The translations under genes and the position numbers were made by a program. A DNA stretch of 64,000 nt, taken from the sequence record MK977694.1; one strand, written 5' to 3'. Positions 44,946-55,300 of the stretch are shown here, in pieces. The notes under the pieces are model-generated. The model was not told where the DNA came from and made no database searches. It saw only the letters and a program-made list of their open reading frames with translations. Position 1 is the stretch's first letter. Each line of letters begins with the position of its first letter. The DNA is from Escherichia phage vB_EcoM-Sa45lw.

Positions 44946-45806
44946 TTACACCGCCATCTTTCCTTTAATAGGAGGATGTGATTCATAGTTGTTAAGAACA
45001 AAATTATGAGGCTTTGCAAATTGACTCAACCAAAATACCTGCGATTCTGTGTCCCATTCATCAAATTCATCTGGAAATTTTAATTGTAATTCGCATAAAT
45101 CCATAGGTTCACGACATAAAATTTCTTTACATTGTTCTACGTGATTCATATAGATATGAGTATTACCACCAGAAAATATCAAATCTCCCGGAATAAGATT
45201 ACACATCTTAGCTACAATATGAACTAACGTAGCATATGATGCAATATTAAATGGAAGACCGAGGAAAACATCTACCGAACGTTGATACCACTGAAGGTCA
45301 AGGTATCCATTACGCACATTAAACTGATAGAACATATGACAAGGCGGTAATGCCATATATTTAAGTTCAGCTGGATTCCACGCAGAAACAATTTGACGCC
45401 TATCATTTGGCAGTTTTTTAATACGATCAATAACTTCTATAATTTGATCTACACCGCCAAAATCACGCCACTGTTTTCCATAAATTGGACCAAGTTCACC
45501 GCTATGGTATCCTAAATCTTTTGCTTGATTTTCGTAATTTTCATCCCAGACTGTTTTGCCTTGAATTAATGAATCATGTTGAATTAATCGCAAATCATTG
45601 ACATTTGTGCTTCCTGATAAAAACCATATTAGCTCAGCAATGCATGCATTCCAGGCGAGCTTTTTAGTTGTTACTGCAGGAAAACCTTTGGTTAAATCCC
45701 AACGCAATTTAGTACCGAACAAAGCAATTGTTCCTGTACCCGTTCGGTCATCGGTTTCATAGCCATTTTCAAAAATGTCTTTAATTAAATCTTGGTATTG
45801 TTTCAT
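44946..45806 (-). CDS. td: Thymidylate synthase, uninterrupted
   Basis: 286 aa contiguous ORF; catalytic-site motif in [10 protein letters not shown]; no intron-like break. Confidence 0.96.
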   Translation of the reverse strand: MKQYQDLIKDIFENGYETDDRTGTGTIALFGTKLRWDLTKGFPAVTTKKLAWNACIAELIWFLSGSTNVNDLRLIQHDSLIQGKTVWDENYENQAKDLGYHSGELGPIYGKQWRDFGGVDQIIEVIDRIKKLPNDRRQIVSAWNPAELKYMALPPCHMFYQFNVRNGYLDLQWYQRSVDVFLGLPFNIASYATLVHIVAKMCNLIPGDLIFSGGNTHIYMNHVEQCKEILCREPMDLCELQLKFPDEFDEWDTESQVFWLSQFAKPHNFVLNNYESHPPIKGKMAV

Positions 45807-45851
45807 TTAGTACCTTATATAAATTATAATACATTTTATGAAGCTAAATAA

Positions 45852-46199
45852 TCAATACGGTTTAGCATCAAATTTTCTCTCAATTTCAGGCGTGAAATAT
45901 AATTCTTTACCGCGTTTGGAAAAGCGACCAATAATATGATAATTATTCTCATCAAACGTGATATTACCAATATCCATAGCTTTCAACCAAATATCGATAT
46001 TTCTATCCAGCTTTATGTCAAAATTCCAATACGGAGAACTATTACCGAAAATACTACAAGCGGATTCAGTGAAACAACTGCTATAAATCTTGTCTTTAGG
46101 AACTACTAATTGATAGACACCTTTAATAAACTGAGGACCCTGCCACTTTGGCTGTTTCTCATCTTTTTCTAATAGAATAGGGTAATAATTAAAATTCAT
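45852..46199 (-). CDS. Hypothetical protein inserted between td and frd
   Basis: 115-aa ORF with no recognisable motif, flanked by short intergenic gaps. Confidence 0.65.
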   Translation of the reverse strand: MNFNYYPILLEKDEKQPKWQGPQFIKGVYQLVVPKDKIYSSCFTESACSIFGNSSPYWNFDIKLDRNIDIWLKAMDIGNITFDENNYHIIGRFSKRGKELYFTPEIERKFDAKPY

Positions 46200-46218
46200 A
46201 TTTCCGCCACGCGTTATT

Positions 46219-47177
<959 letters not shown>

Positions 47178-47230
47178 TTTTTAAAGCATTGCATAATAGA
47201 ATTCATCATTCATAAACTCAAATACAAAAA

Positions 47231-47590
47231 TTATATTATCTCCCATCGAAAAGGGTCAGGAGCATATCCGATAGAATTAATCATTTTAACTAAAGTTACC
47301 ATTCCTTTGTTAACTGCTTGTGCGATTTCATCAAAAACTTCATCGCTATCATCATAAAGGTCATTAAAAAGTTCTAACACGTTCTTCTGAACTTTTAATT
47401 TACAGCCAACAAATTCGCCTACAGTAAATTCGTTTCCGCCAACTCCAGCGTAAAACGTAATTACACCAGTTAATGGTCTTTCACTAGAACATAGGTCGTG
47501 TGATAAATTAATATAAGCCGTCCCGGGTGCAGTTTTAAGTTGGCAACGAATACTTACTCGAGCAATTCCAGCTACACGAATGTCAGACAT
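47231..47590 (-). CDS. Hypothetical protein (frd.2 position)
   Basis: 119-aa ORF. Confidence 0.65.
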   Translation of the reverse strand: MSDIRVAGIARVSIRCQLKTAPGTAYINLSHDLCSSERPLTGVITFYAGVGGNEFTVGEFVGCKLKVQKNVLELFNDLYDDSDEVFDEIAQAVNKGMVTLVKMINSIGYAPDPFRWEII

Positions 47591-47600
47591 ATTATTTTCC

Positions 47601-47843
47601 TCAAATAGACTTTTTCACAATTTTCCAATCAGCTTTAAACTGCTCGACGTCAGAATGGTAAATCCAAAATCCTGCGCTTTCTCCATCCTCATAAAGAGGG
47701 CATCCATCACATTCATCTTCCCATCCCATATCGCGTAAAAGGTGTTCAGCTTTTTCAACAAGTTCAGAATCTTTACCGATGATATTAAAATACCATTTAC
47801 CTCTAACTTCTGAATCTTTGATACTCTGACGTTGTAATCTCAT
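47601..47843 (-). CDS. Hypothetical protein (frd.3 position)
   Basis: 80-aa ORF with strong SD AAGGAGAA. Confidence 0.65.
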   Translation of the reverse strand: MRLQRQSIKDSEVRGKWYFNIIGKDSELVEKAEHLLRDMGWEDECDGCPLYEDGESAGFWIYHSDVEQFKADWKIVKKSI

Positions 47844-47853
47844 TTTATTCTCC

Positions 47854-47922
47854 TTAGCAAGCTTTAATCAAAAGATATAAACAGACCAACATAACTGCTG
47901 CCATAATATAAGGTGCGAACAT
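47854..47922 (-). CDS. Candidate 22-aa hydrophobic mini-protein; not in the supplied ORF track
   Basis: Hand translation MFAPYIMAAVMLVCLYLLIKAC; SD GGAG upstream; early promoter -10 lies 31 bp upstream of its ATG. Confidence 0.4.
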   Translation of the reverse strand: MFAPYIMAAVMLVCLYLLIKAC

Positions 47923-47952
47923 TTTCTTTTCTCCATTAGTTTTGATAGGGTA

Positions 47953-47982
47953 ATAGTATCACACTACTACCCCGTTGTAAAC
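47953..47982 (-). promoter_or_regulatory. Sigma70-type early promoter upstream of the mini-ORF and frd.3
   Basis: Minus strand GTTTAC, 18-bp spacer ending GTGTGA, TACTAT. Confidence 0.5.
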
Positions 47983-47984
47983 AA

Positions 47985-48245
47985 TTATTTTTGAATTTTA
48001 TCGAGCCACTTACCAAGCTTAATCATTTCTTTAGTAGCCTTTTCCATACTTCTGAACTTAACCAATAGAGGATAGGTATCGACACCCATAACTAAACTGG
48101 TTACAAGACTGTGTTCACCCACAAGCCATAATGAATACGTTTGAATATCGAGCCCGTAATTTCTGTCTTTATGGACCCGTACACCCATCACTTCAAATTT
48201 CTCACTAGCTTTTTCTACCGCATCCAGGAAATCATCTTTAGTCAT
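47985..48245 (-). CDS. Hypothetical protein
   Basis: ORF track starts at 48287; ATG at 48245, 1 nt after the upstream stop, gives 86 aa. Confidence 0.55.
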   Translation of the reverse strand: MTKDDFLDAVEKASEKFEVMGVRVHKDRNYGLDIQTYSLWLVGEHSLVTSLVMGVDTYPLLVKFRSMEKATKEMIKLGKWLDKIQK

Positions 48246-48246
48246 A

Positions 48247-48648
48247 TTAGGCCTTAAAAGTTTTTCGCAAAAGTTCAATGATTTCATCTACATTGTTTTC
48301 ATCAACAATGCAGTGAATTTTTGTCACGTCAGAAACCTTGTCTTCGATTTCATCTTCTTCAGAAGTCGGTTCTTTATATTCGCGGAAACAATAAAACTCT
48401 TCTTCACGAAGTTCAAAATAATCATCATCCATACCATCATCATTATAGATTTCACCATTAGCACAAATGATTTCGGTTACATAATCAAAGCCATCTAAAC
48501 TTAATATTGATTTAACTTCAAACCAACCACCATTTTCTTGAATGATGCCGACCATACTAGCATTTAATGAACTAATATCAATGAAAGATTTAATATGACG
48601 TGGATTTAACTCGTATTTTTTTTCCAACTTCCACTTTGATTTCCTCAT
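48247..48648 (-). CDS. Hypothetical acidic protein
   Basis: 133-aa ORF, very acidic C-terminal half. Confidence 0.6.
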   Translation of the reverse strand: MRKSKWKLEKKYELNPRHIKSFIDISSLNASMVGIIQENGGWFEVKSILSLDGFDYVTEIICANGEIYNDDGMDDDYFELREEEFYCFREYKEPTSEEDEIEDKVSDVTKIHCIVDENNVDEIIELLRKTFKA

Positions 48649-48680
48649 TTTAACGGGGCTATCAAATAGCCCCTTGATAA

Positions 48681-48911
48681 TTATTGTTCAATCAGTCCCA
48701 TGTAAAATTCTGCGTCTTCAGAATCCATGCCATCGCAATATTCATTAGCCATAAAGCGGGTAAGGTCTTCAAGAGGACCTTCAATGACAATAGAAAAATT
48801 GCAATAATTGGGATCATCATGAATACTTGTGATACTAAGTTCAGGATAACGATTACGAATAATCTCTTCAATATATTCAAAATCAACGATGTCAATATCA
48901 ACTTTAGCCAT
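48681..48911 (-). CDS. Hypothetical acidic protein
   Basis: ORF track starts at 48932; ATG at 48911 with SD AAGAGGAAA gives 76 aa beginning MAKVDIDIV. Confidence 0.6.
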   Translation of the reverse strand: MAKVDIDIVDFEYIEEIIRNRYPELSITSIHDDPNYCNFSIVIEGPLEDLTRFMANEYCDGMDSEDAEFYMGLIEQ

Positions 48912-48954
48912 ATTATTTTCCTCTTTAATCATCAGCAGTATTGCCGATAGTTGT

Positions 48955-48984
48955 ATAGTACCATAAAGCCTTATGTTTGTAAAC
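48955..48984 (-). promoter_or_regulatory. Candidate sigma70-type early promoter
   Basis: Minus strand GTTTAC, 18-bp spacer, TACTAT; no extended TG; 43 bp upstream of the 76-aa ORF start. Confidence 0.4.
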
Positions 48985-49004
48985 CGTTTTGTGAAAAAAT
49001 TTTT

Positions 49005-49034
49005 GAAATAAAAAAGGGGACCTCTAGGGTCCCC
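49005..49034 (-). terminator. Intrinsic terminator downstream of gene 32
   Basis: Minus strand GGGGACC-CTAGA-GGTCCCC followed by TTTTTTATTT. Confidence 0.55.
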
Positions 49035-49056
49035 AATTAATTAGTAATATAATCTA

Positions 49057-49965
49057 TTAAAGGTCATTCAAAAGGTCATCCAGGTCCGTGTCATCAGCAC
49101 TAGATGAACTGCCAGAGCTTGAGCTCATAAAATCATCTTCAGTTTTTGTATTGAAGTCATCAACATTGAATGCATCCAAATCATCAGCAACTTTATCAGC
49201 TTTCTTAGCAGCAGTTGCAGCGGCACCGCCCATCACAGCAGTTCCCATAACTTGACCGAATTTAGTATTCAGTTCTTCAAACGATTTGAATTTATCTTTA
49301 GAAGTCATTTCAGAAAGGTCAACCATTTGTTCGAACAGTTCTTTCTGGAAAGATTCATCGTCAATGTTTGGAATCGCAGATTGATTCAGGAATTTAGATT
49401 CGTCGTAGTTACTAAAACCAGAAACTTGTTTAACTTTCAGTACAAAGTTAGCACCTTCCCACGGACAAGTTACATCAACCGGAGTTTCACCCATTTCAAC
49501 ATCAACTGCAATCATTGCATTGATTTTATCCCAGATTTTCTTACCGAAACGATATTTAAATACTTTACCTTCGTTTTCTGGAGCAGCTGGATCTTTTACA
49601 ACAAGAATGTTAGCCCAGTAAGAAGTTTTACGTTTAACAAGACCGTACTCTTTATTGTCAGTGTTGTACAAATCATTTTTACTGATGTACTGACATACTG
49701 GGCAAGAATCGTAATCACCGTGGGTAGATGAACAGTTTTCAATATACCATTTACCATTTTTCTTGAAACCGTGATTTACAAGAATTGCGAATGGTGCTTG
49801 TTCATCATTTTTAGACGGAAGAAAACGAATTACTGCTTGACCGTTACCCGCATTGTCGAGTTTCAGTTTCCACTCGCCTTTATCTTCAGAAGAAAAACCA
49901 CCTTTATTTCCAGCCAGTTTAGCCATTTGCGCAGCGAGTTCAGCAGTAGATTTACGTTTAAACAT
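49057..49965 (-). CDS. 32: Single-stranded DNA-binding protein gp32
   Basis: 302 aa (T4 301); N-terminus [17 protein letters not shown]; Ser-rich acidic C-terminus [22 protein letters not shown]. Confidence 0.97.
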   Translation of the reverse strand: MFKRKSTAELAAQMAKLAGNKGGFSSEDKGEWKLKLDNAGNGQAVIRFLPSKNDEQAPFAILVNHGFKKNGKWYIENCSSTHGDYDSCPVCQYISKNDLYNTDNKEYGLVKRKTSYWANILVVKDPAAPENEGKVFKYRFGKKIWDKINAMIAVDVEMGETPVDVTCPWEGANFVLKVKQVSGFSNYDESKFLNQSAIPNIDDESFQKELFEQMVDLSEMTSKDKFKSFEELNTKFGQVMGTAVMGGAAATAAKKADKVADDLDAFNVDDFNTKTEDDFMSSSSGSSSSADDTDLDDLLNDL

Positions 49966-50056
49966 TTTTATTTCCTTTTTAATTTAATTAACAGTTGGTG
50001 CTATGACGATGTATGACCTCATAGCTGGTCAGTGAGATAATTATAATCTATTTATA
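49966..50056 (-). promoter_or_regulatory. Gene 32 leader: late promoter, H-type pseudoknot and AU-rich translational operator
   Basis: Minus strand TATAAATA (complement of 50049-50056); UGACC-AG-CUAUGA-GGUCA-UACAUCG-UCAUAG (complement of 50001-50031) forms two interleaved stems; then UUAAAUUAAAUUAAAAAGGAAAUAAAA before the AUG. Confidence 0.65.
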
Positions 50057-50064
50057 ATAAGCAA

Positions 50065-50718
50065 TTAATACTTGCAAGATTTCACAGTTTCAATAAAAAC
50101 TTTTTTAGCTTCCTGTGAATCGATATTTAAAATTTTTCTATAAGCTTTTAACTTTATAGAATAATTGTTCCAAACTAAATTATCAGTTTGTTCATCATGT
50201 TTATCAATTATATTTAAAAACGAATCAAGCAAGATAAACGTCTCAAACGAAATTATGTTCGATTGCAGAAGTTTAAAAATATAACTTGATTGAACTTTTG
50301 GATTATATTCAAAAATTTCTTTAAAAGCAGAAACTTCAACTTTTTTACTAAAATAATAAATGTTGCGAATATCTTCTTCAAACTTAAATTTAATTTGCTT
50401 TAAGCGTCCGATATATTCACGATAAAACACAAGTGCATCAGCGTCAGAGATGTCGCCAATCCAAGCATCTTGGTTAGCAACCAAATTACTTATAAAGATT
50501 AAAGCAAGTTCCTTTAATTTATATTTTTCTGATAACTTCTGGAAAAAATACTTATCCCTTCGCTTTTGATAAGCGGCATCAGACACCCGCATGCACCAAT
50601 TATACTTAATAACATCATACTTTCCATTCATATGTTGTTTTATCATTAAGTATAATTTATAAACTGATTTACCATCAATGTATCTTTCACCACCAGCAGG
50701 CATGCGGAGTTTAATCAT
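50065..50718 (-). CDS. 59: Helicase loader gp59
   Basis: 217 aa, T4 gp59 length; position between 33 and 32. Confidence 0.92.
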   Translation of the reverse strand: MIKLRMPAGGERYIDGKSVYKLYLMIKQHMNGKYDVIKYNWCMRVSDAAYQKRRDKYFFQKLSEKYKLKELALIFISNLVANQDAWIGDISDADALVFYREYIGRLKQIKFKFEEDIRNIYYFSKKVEVSAFKEIFEYNPKVQSSYIFKLLQSNIISFETFILLDSFLNIIDKHDEQTDNLVWNNYSIKLKAYRKILNIDSQEAKKVFIETVKSCKY

Positions 50719-51062
50719 AGTAGAAAATCTAATGTATTAGTTTTTTCACAGCGAACAACAGAAGGACGTAAAAGATTTTCGTCAATGGCTTCTGACTGAA
50801 TTTTTTCAATTATACCCGAAGGAATAAATTTAGCAAATTGAGTTTCAGGAATAGAGTTTTCTTCCAAGAATGCTGTCGTAGCTTCAAGATAACTCATTCC
50901 AAACTCTTCTACCATTTTTTCAATGATAAATCCATTTTCTTGTCGATCAAGAAGCTTTGCGATTTCATCTTTTTCCTTTTTAAGGGAAAGTTCTTTTTCT
51001 GAAAGCCCGGCCTCATCGACCGGACGAATATCATTTAGAGAAAACTGTGTCATAAAGTTCAA
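50715..51062 (-). CDS. 33: Late transcription co-activator gp33
   Basis: 115-aa ORF; internal start at MTQFSLNDIRPV would give 112 aa as in T4. Confidence 0.85.
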   Translation of the reverse strand: MNFMTQFSLNDIRPVDEAGLSEKELSLKKEKDEIAKLLDRQENGFIIEKMVEEFGMSYLEATTAFLEENSIPETQFAKFIPSGIIEKIQSEAIDENLLRPSVVRCEKTNTLDFLL

Positions 51063-51300
51063 CTACCTCTTCAGTTTCAGCTTCAAACACATCACGGTTA
51101 TCTTTATGATATAGAGCCAAAAGACGATTAAACATCTTGCCATCAACACCAAGTTCATCTTTGGCACGAATTCGAATATCTTTAATCAATTCATTATAAC
51201 CGGAAATTTTCAGTTTATGATCAGATGCTTCTTTAATAAATTTAGCCAAGTCTTCGCCGTGGATAGCTTCATCAAATTCAACCATTTCTTTTTTAGCCAT
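51031..51300 (-). CDS. dsbA: dsDNA-binding protein DsbA
   Basis: 89 aa, T4 DsbA length; position between rnh and 33. Confidence 0.82.
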   Translation of the reverse strand: MAKKEMVEFDEAIHGEDLAKFIKEASDHKLKISGYNELIKDIRIRAKDELGVDGKMFNRLLALYHKDNRDVFEAETEEVVELYDTVFSK

Positions 51301-51308
51301 TATTCACC

Positions 51309-52226
51309 TCAAAATTCATTAATGCTATTAGTTAATTTAGAAAGACCCGCTTTTACAAAATATGAATAAATTTTGCCACGCGGTGGTAATTTATATGAAT
51401 TATAGTAATTCACAATGTTTGAAGCAATATTATTAGGAATATAATCAAAATCAATTAGAACTAAATTTTCTTTATAACGATTATATTCAGATTCTGTGAG
51501 AAGCACCTTAGCTTGCTCACGGTCATTAGCAATAGCTTCAACGATTGAAGTTTTCATTGAAGGAGTTCGTTCACCTTCAACTTTGGTAAACCAAAAGTCA
51601 GATCGTACTTTAACTGAAGCAACGTTATCCTTTTTATCGCCTTTAAGGATTTTAGTCATACAGTCAATTTCAGCAGAACCGCTTTTAATTTTAACCCATT
51701 TCTTGTGCATCGGTGACCATTGCTTAACATTTGGATATTTGTGAAGTTGAGTAAAGTCACCATCAGATGAAATGATTAAAATCTTGTGTCCTTCTAAAGA
51801 GAACTTTTTAACAAGAACAGCAATGTGGTCATCTGCTTCATACTTATCGATATCCATAACAATGTATGGCATATAAGCTTTCAATTCATCTATAACTTTA
51901 TGACTGGATTCAAAATAACCTTCCCAGTCCCAAGTAGATTCTTCTCGTGCTTTTCCACGGTTTTTCTTATAATAATACGCGAAATCACGACGCCAATATC
52001 CAGATTTCGCATTATCAATACACAGTACAATTTTAGTGTATCCAAGAGTTTTTGCTTTTTTGACATTAAACTTAATTGAGTTCAATATCAAATGACGAAC
52101 CATTGATAAATTAATTTTTTCTTTATCTGGAAAGTTTACCAAAGCAGTTGAAAGCGCAATTTGACTAAAGTCAATAAAGCAAATTCCTTCTTTGTAATCT
52201 TCATCCAGCATCATTTCTAAATCCAT
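51309..52226 (-). CDS. rnh: RNase H (5'-3' exonuclease/flap endonuclease)
   Basis: ORF track starts at 52241; ATG at 52226 gives 305 aa beginning MDLEMMLDEDYKEG, matching T4 RNase H. Confidence 0.93.
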   Translation of the reverse strand: MDLEMMLDEDYKEGICFIDFSQIALSTALVNFPDKEKINLSMVRHLILNSIKFNVKKAKTLGYTKIVLCIDNAKSGYWRRDFAYYYKKNRGKAREESTWDWEGYFESSHKVIDELKAYMPYIVMDIDKYEADDHIAVLVKKFSLEGHKILIISSDGDFTQLHKYPNVKQWSPMHKKWVKIKSGSAEIDCMTKILKGDKKDNVASVKVRSDFWFTKVEGERTPSMKTSIVEAIANDREQAKVLLTESEYNRYKENLVLIDFDYIPNNIASNIVNYYNSYKLPPRGKIYSYFVKAGLSKLTNSINEF

Positions 52227-52288
52227 ATGAACCTCGTTCAATTAGTGAGATTTCTATTATATACCATCCAAATCTTAAAGTAAACAAG

Positions 52289-52296
52289 TATAAATA
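52289..52296 (+). promoter_or_regulatory. T4-type late promoter upstream of gene 34
   Basis: TATAAATA 35 bp upstream of the gene 34 ATG. Confidence 0.6.
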
Positions 52297-52330
52297 CTTA
52301 TTATTGAAAACACAATAGGAGCCCGGGAGA

Positions 52331-55300
52331 ATGGCCGAGATTAAAAGAAAGTTCAGAGCAGAAGACGGTCTGGACGCAGGTGGTGATAAAATAATCAACG
52401 TAGCTTTAGCTGATCGTGCCGTAGGAACTGACGGTGTAAACGTTGATTACTTAATTCAAGAAAACACAGTTCAACAATATGATCCAACTCGTGGATATTT
52501 AAAAGATTTTGTAATCATTTATGATAACCGCTTTTGGGCTGCTATAAATGATATTCCAAAACCAGCAGGAGCTTTTAATAGCGTACGATGGAGAGCGTTA
52601 CGCACTGATGCAAACTGGACAACTGTTTCGTCAGGACCTTATCAATTAAAATCAGGCGAATCGATTTCAGTTAACACCGCAGCGGGTAATGACATTACAT
52701 TTACTTTGCCATCTTCTCCAATTGATGGTGATACTATCGTTCTCCAAGATATTGGAGGAAAACCTGGAGTTAACCAGGTTTTAATTACAGCTCCGGTACA
52801 AAGCATTGTAAACTTTAGAGGTCAACAAGTACGCTCAGTACTAATGACTCATCCAAAATCACAGATAGTTTTAATTTTTAGTAATCGTCTGTGGCAAATG
52901 TATGTTGCTGATTATAGCAGAGAAGCTGTAGTTGTAACGCCTGCAAGTCTCTATCAGGCGCAATCAAACGATTTTATCGTACGTAGATTTACTTCTGCTT
53001 CAGCAATTAATATTAAACTTCCAAGATTTGCTAATCATGGCGATATTATTAATTTCGTTGATTTGGATAAATTAAATCCACTTTATCACACAATTGTTAC
53101 CACATACGATGAAACGACTTCAGTACAAGAAGTTGGAACTCATTCCATTGAAGGTCGTACATCTATTGATGGTTTCTTGATGTTTGATGATAATGAGAAA
53201 TTGTGGAGATTGTTTGACGGGGATAGTAAAGCACGTTTACGCATTATAACGACTAATTCTAATATTCGTCCAAATGAAGAAGTCATGGTATTTGGCGCAA
53301 ATAATGGAACAACCCAAACAATTGAACTTCAGCTTCCAACTGATATTTCTATCGGTGATACTGTTAAGATTTCCATGAATTATATGAGAAAAGGACAAAC
53401 AGTTAAAATCAAAGCTGCCGGTGAAGATAAAATTGCTTCTTCAGTTCAATTGCTGCAATTTCCAAAACGTTCAGAATACCCACCTGAAACTAAATGGGTG
53501 ACTGTTCAAGAATTAGTTTTTAATGGCGAAACCAATTATGTTCCAGTTTTACAGCTTGCTTATATCGAAGATTCCGATGGAAAATATTGGGTTGTACAGC
53601 AAAACGTTCCAACTGTAGAAAGAGTAGACTCTTTAAATAATTCTACTAGAGCAAGATTAGGCGTAATTGCTTTAGCTACACAGGCTCAAGCTAATGCTGA
53701 TCTAGAAAATTCTCCACAAAAAGAACTGGCAATTACTCCAGAAACGTTAGCTAATCGTACTGCTACAGAAACTCGTAGAGGTATTGCAAGAATAGCAACA
53801 ACTGCGCAAGTAAACCAGGATACCACATTCTCTTTTGCAGATGACCTTATCATCACTCCTAAAAAGTTGAATGAAAGAACTGCTACAGAAACTCGTAGGG
53901 GTGTCGCTGAAATTGCTACGCAGCAAGAAACAAACACAGGAACAGATGATACAACCATCATTACTCCTAAAAAGCTTCAAGCTCGTCAAGGTTCTGAATC
54001 ATTATCTGGTATTGTAACTTTTGTATCTACTGCAGGTGCTACTCCGGCTTCTAGCCGTGAATTAAATGGTACAAATGTTTATAATAAAAACACTAATAAC
54101 TTAGTTGTTTCACCTAAAGCCTTGGATCAGTATAAAGCTACTCCAACGCAACAAGGTGCAGTAATTTTAGCAGTTGAAAGTGAAGTAATTGCTGGACAAA
54201 GCCAAGAAGGATGGGCAAATGCGGTTGTAACGCCAGAAACGTTACATAAAAAGACATCAACTGATGGAAGAATTGGTTTAATTGAAATTGCTACGCAAAG
54301 TGAAGTTAATACAGGAACTGATTATACTCGTGCAGTCACTCCTAAAACTTTAAATGACCGTAGAGCAACTGAAAGTTTAAGTGGTATAGCTGAAATTGCT
54401 ACACAAGTTGAATTCGACGCAGGCGTCGACGATACTCGTATCTCTACACCATTAAAAATTAAAACTAGATTTAATAGTACTGATCGTACTTCTGTTGTTG
54501 CTCTATCTGGATTAGTTGAATCAGGAACTCTCTGGGACCATTATACCCTTAATATTCTTGAAGCAAATGAGACACAACGTGGTACACTTCGTGTGGCTAC
54601 ACAAGTTGAAGCTGCTGCCGGAAAATTAGATAATGTTTTAATAACTCCTAAAAAGCTTTTAGGTACTAAATCTACCGAATCGCAAGAAGGTGTTATTAAA
54701 GTTGCAACTCAGTCTGAAACTGTGGCTGGAACGTCAGCAAACACTGCTGTATCTCCAAAAAATTTAAAATGGATTGTACAGAGTGAACCTACCTGGGCAG
54801 CTACTACTGCGATAAGAGGTTTTGTTAAAACTTCATCTGGTTCAATTACATTTGTCGGTAATGATACAGTCGGTTCTACCCAAGATTTAGAACTGTATGA
54901 GAAAAATAGCTATGCAGTATCACCATATGAATTAAACCGTGTATTAGCAAATTATTTACCGTTAAAAGCAAAAGCTGCTGATAGTAATTTATTGGATGGT
55001 CTAGATTCATCTCAGTTCATTCGTAGGGATATTGCACAGACGGTTAATGGTTCACTAACCTTAACCCAACAAACGAATCTGAGTGCCCCTCTTGTATCAT
55101 CTAGTACTGCTACGTTCGGTGGATCAGTTTCAGCAAATAGTACATTAACTATTTCTAATACTGGAACAGCAACTCGATTGATTTTTGAGAAAGGACCTCA
55201 AACTGGAACAAACCCAGCCCAAACGATGACTGTTAGAGTGTGGGGAAATCAATTTAGTGGGGAATTAGATACAACACGTTCTACCGTATTTGAAGTTAGT

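Noticed and set aside
53686-53989. Antisense ORFs of 80-91 aa inside gene 34
   Set aside because: Produced by the tandem repeats in gene 34; no start context; nested antisense to a conserved structural gene.
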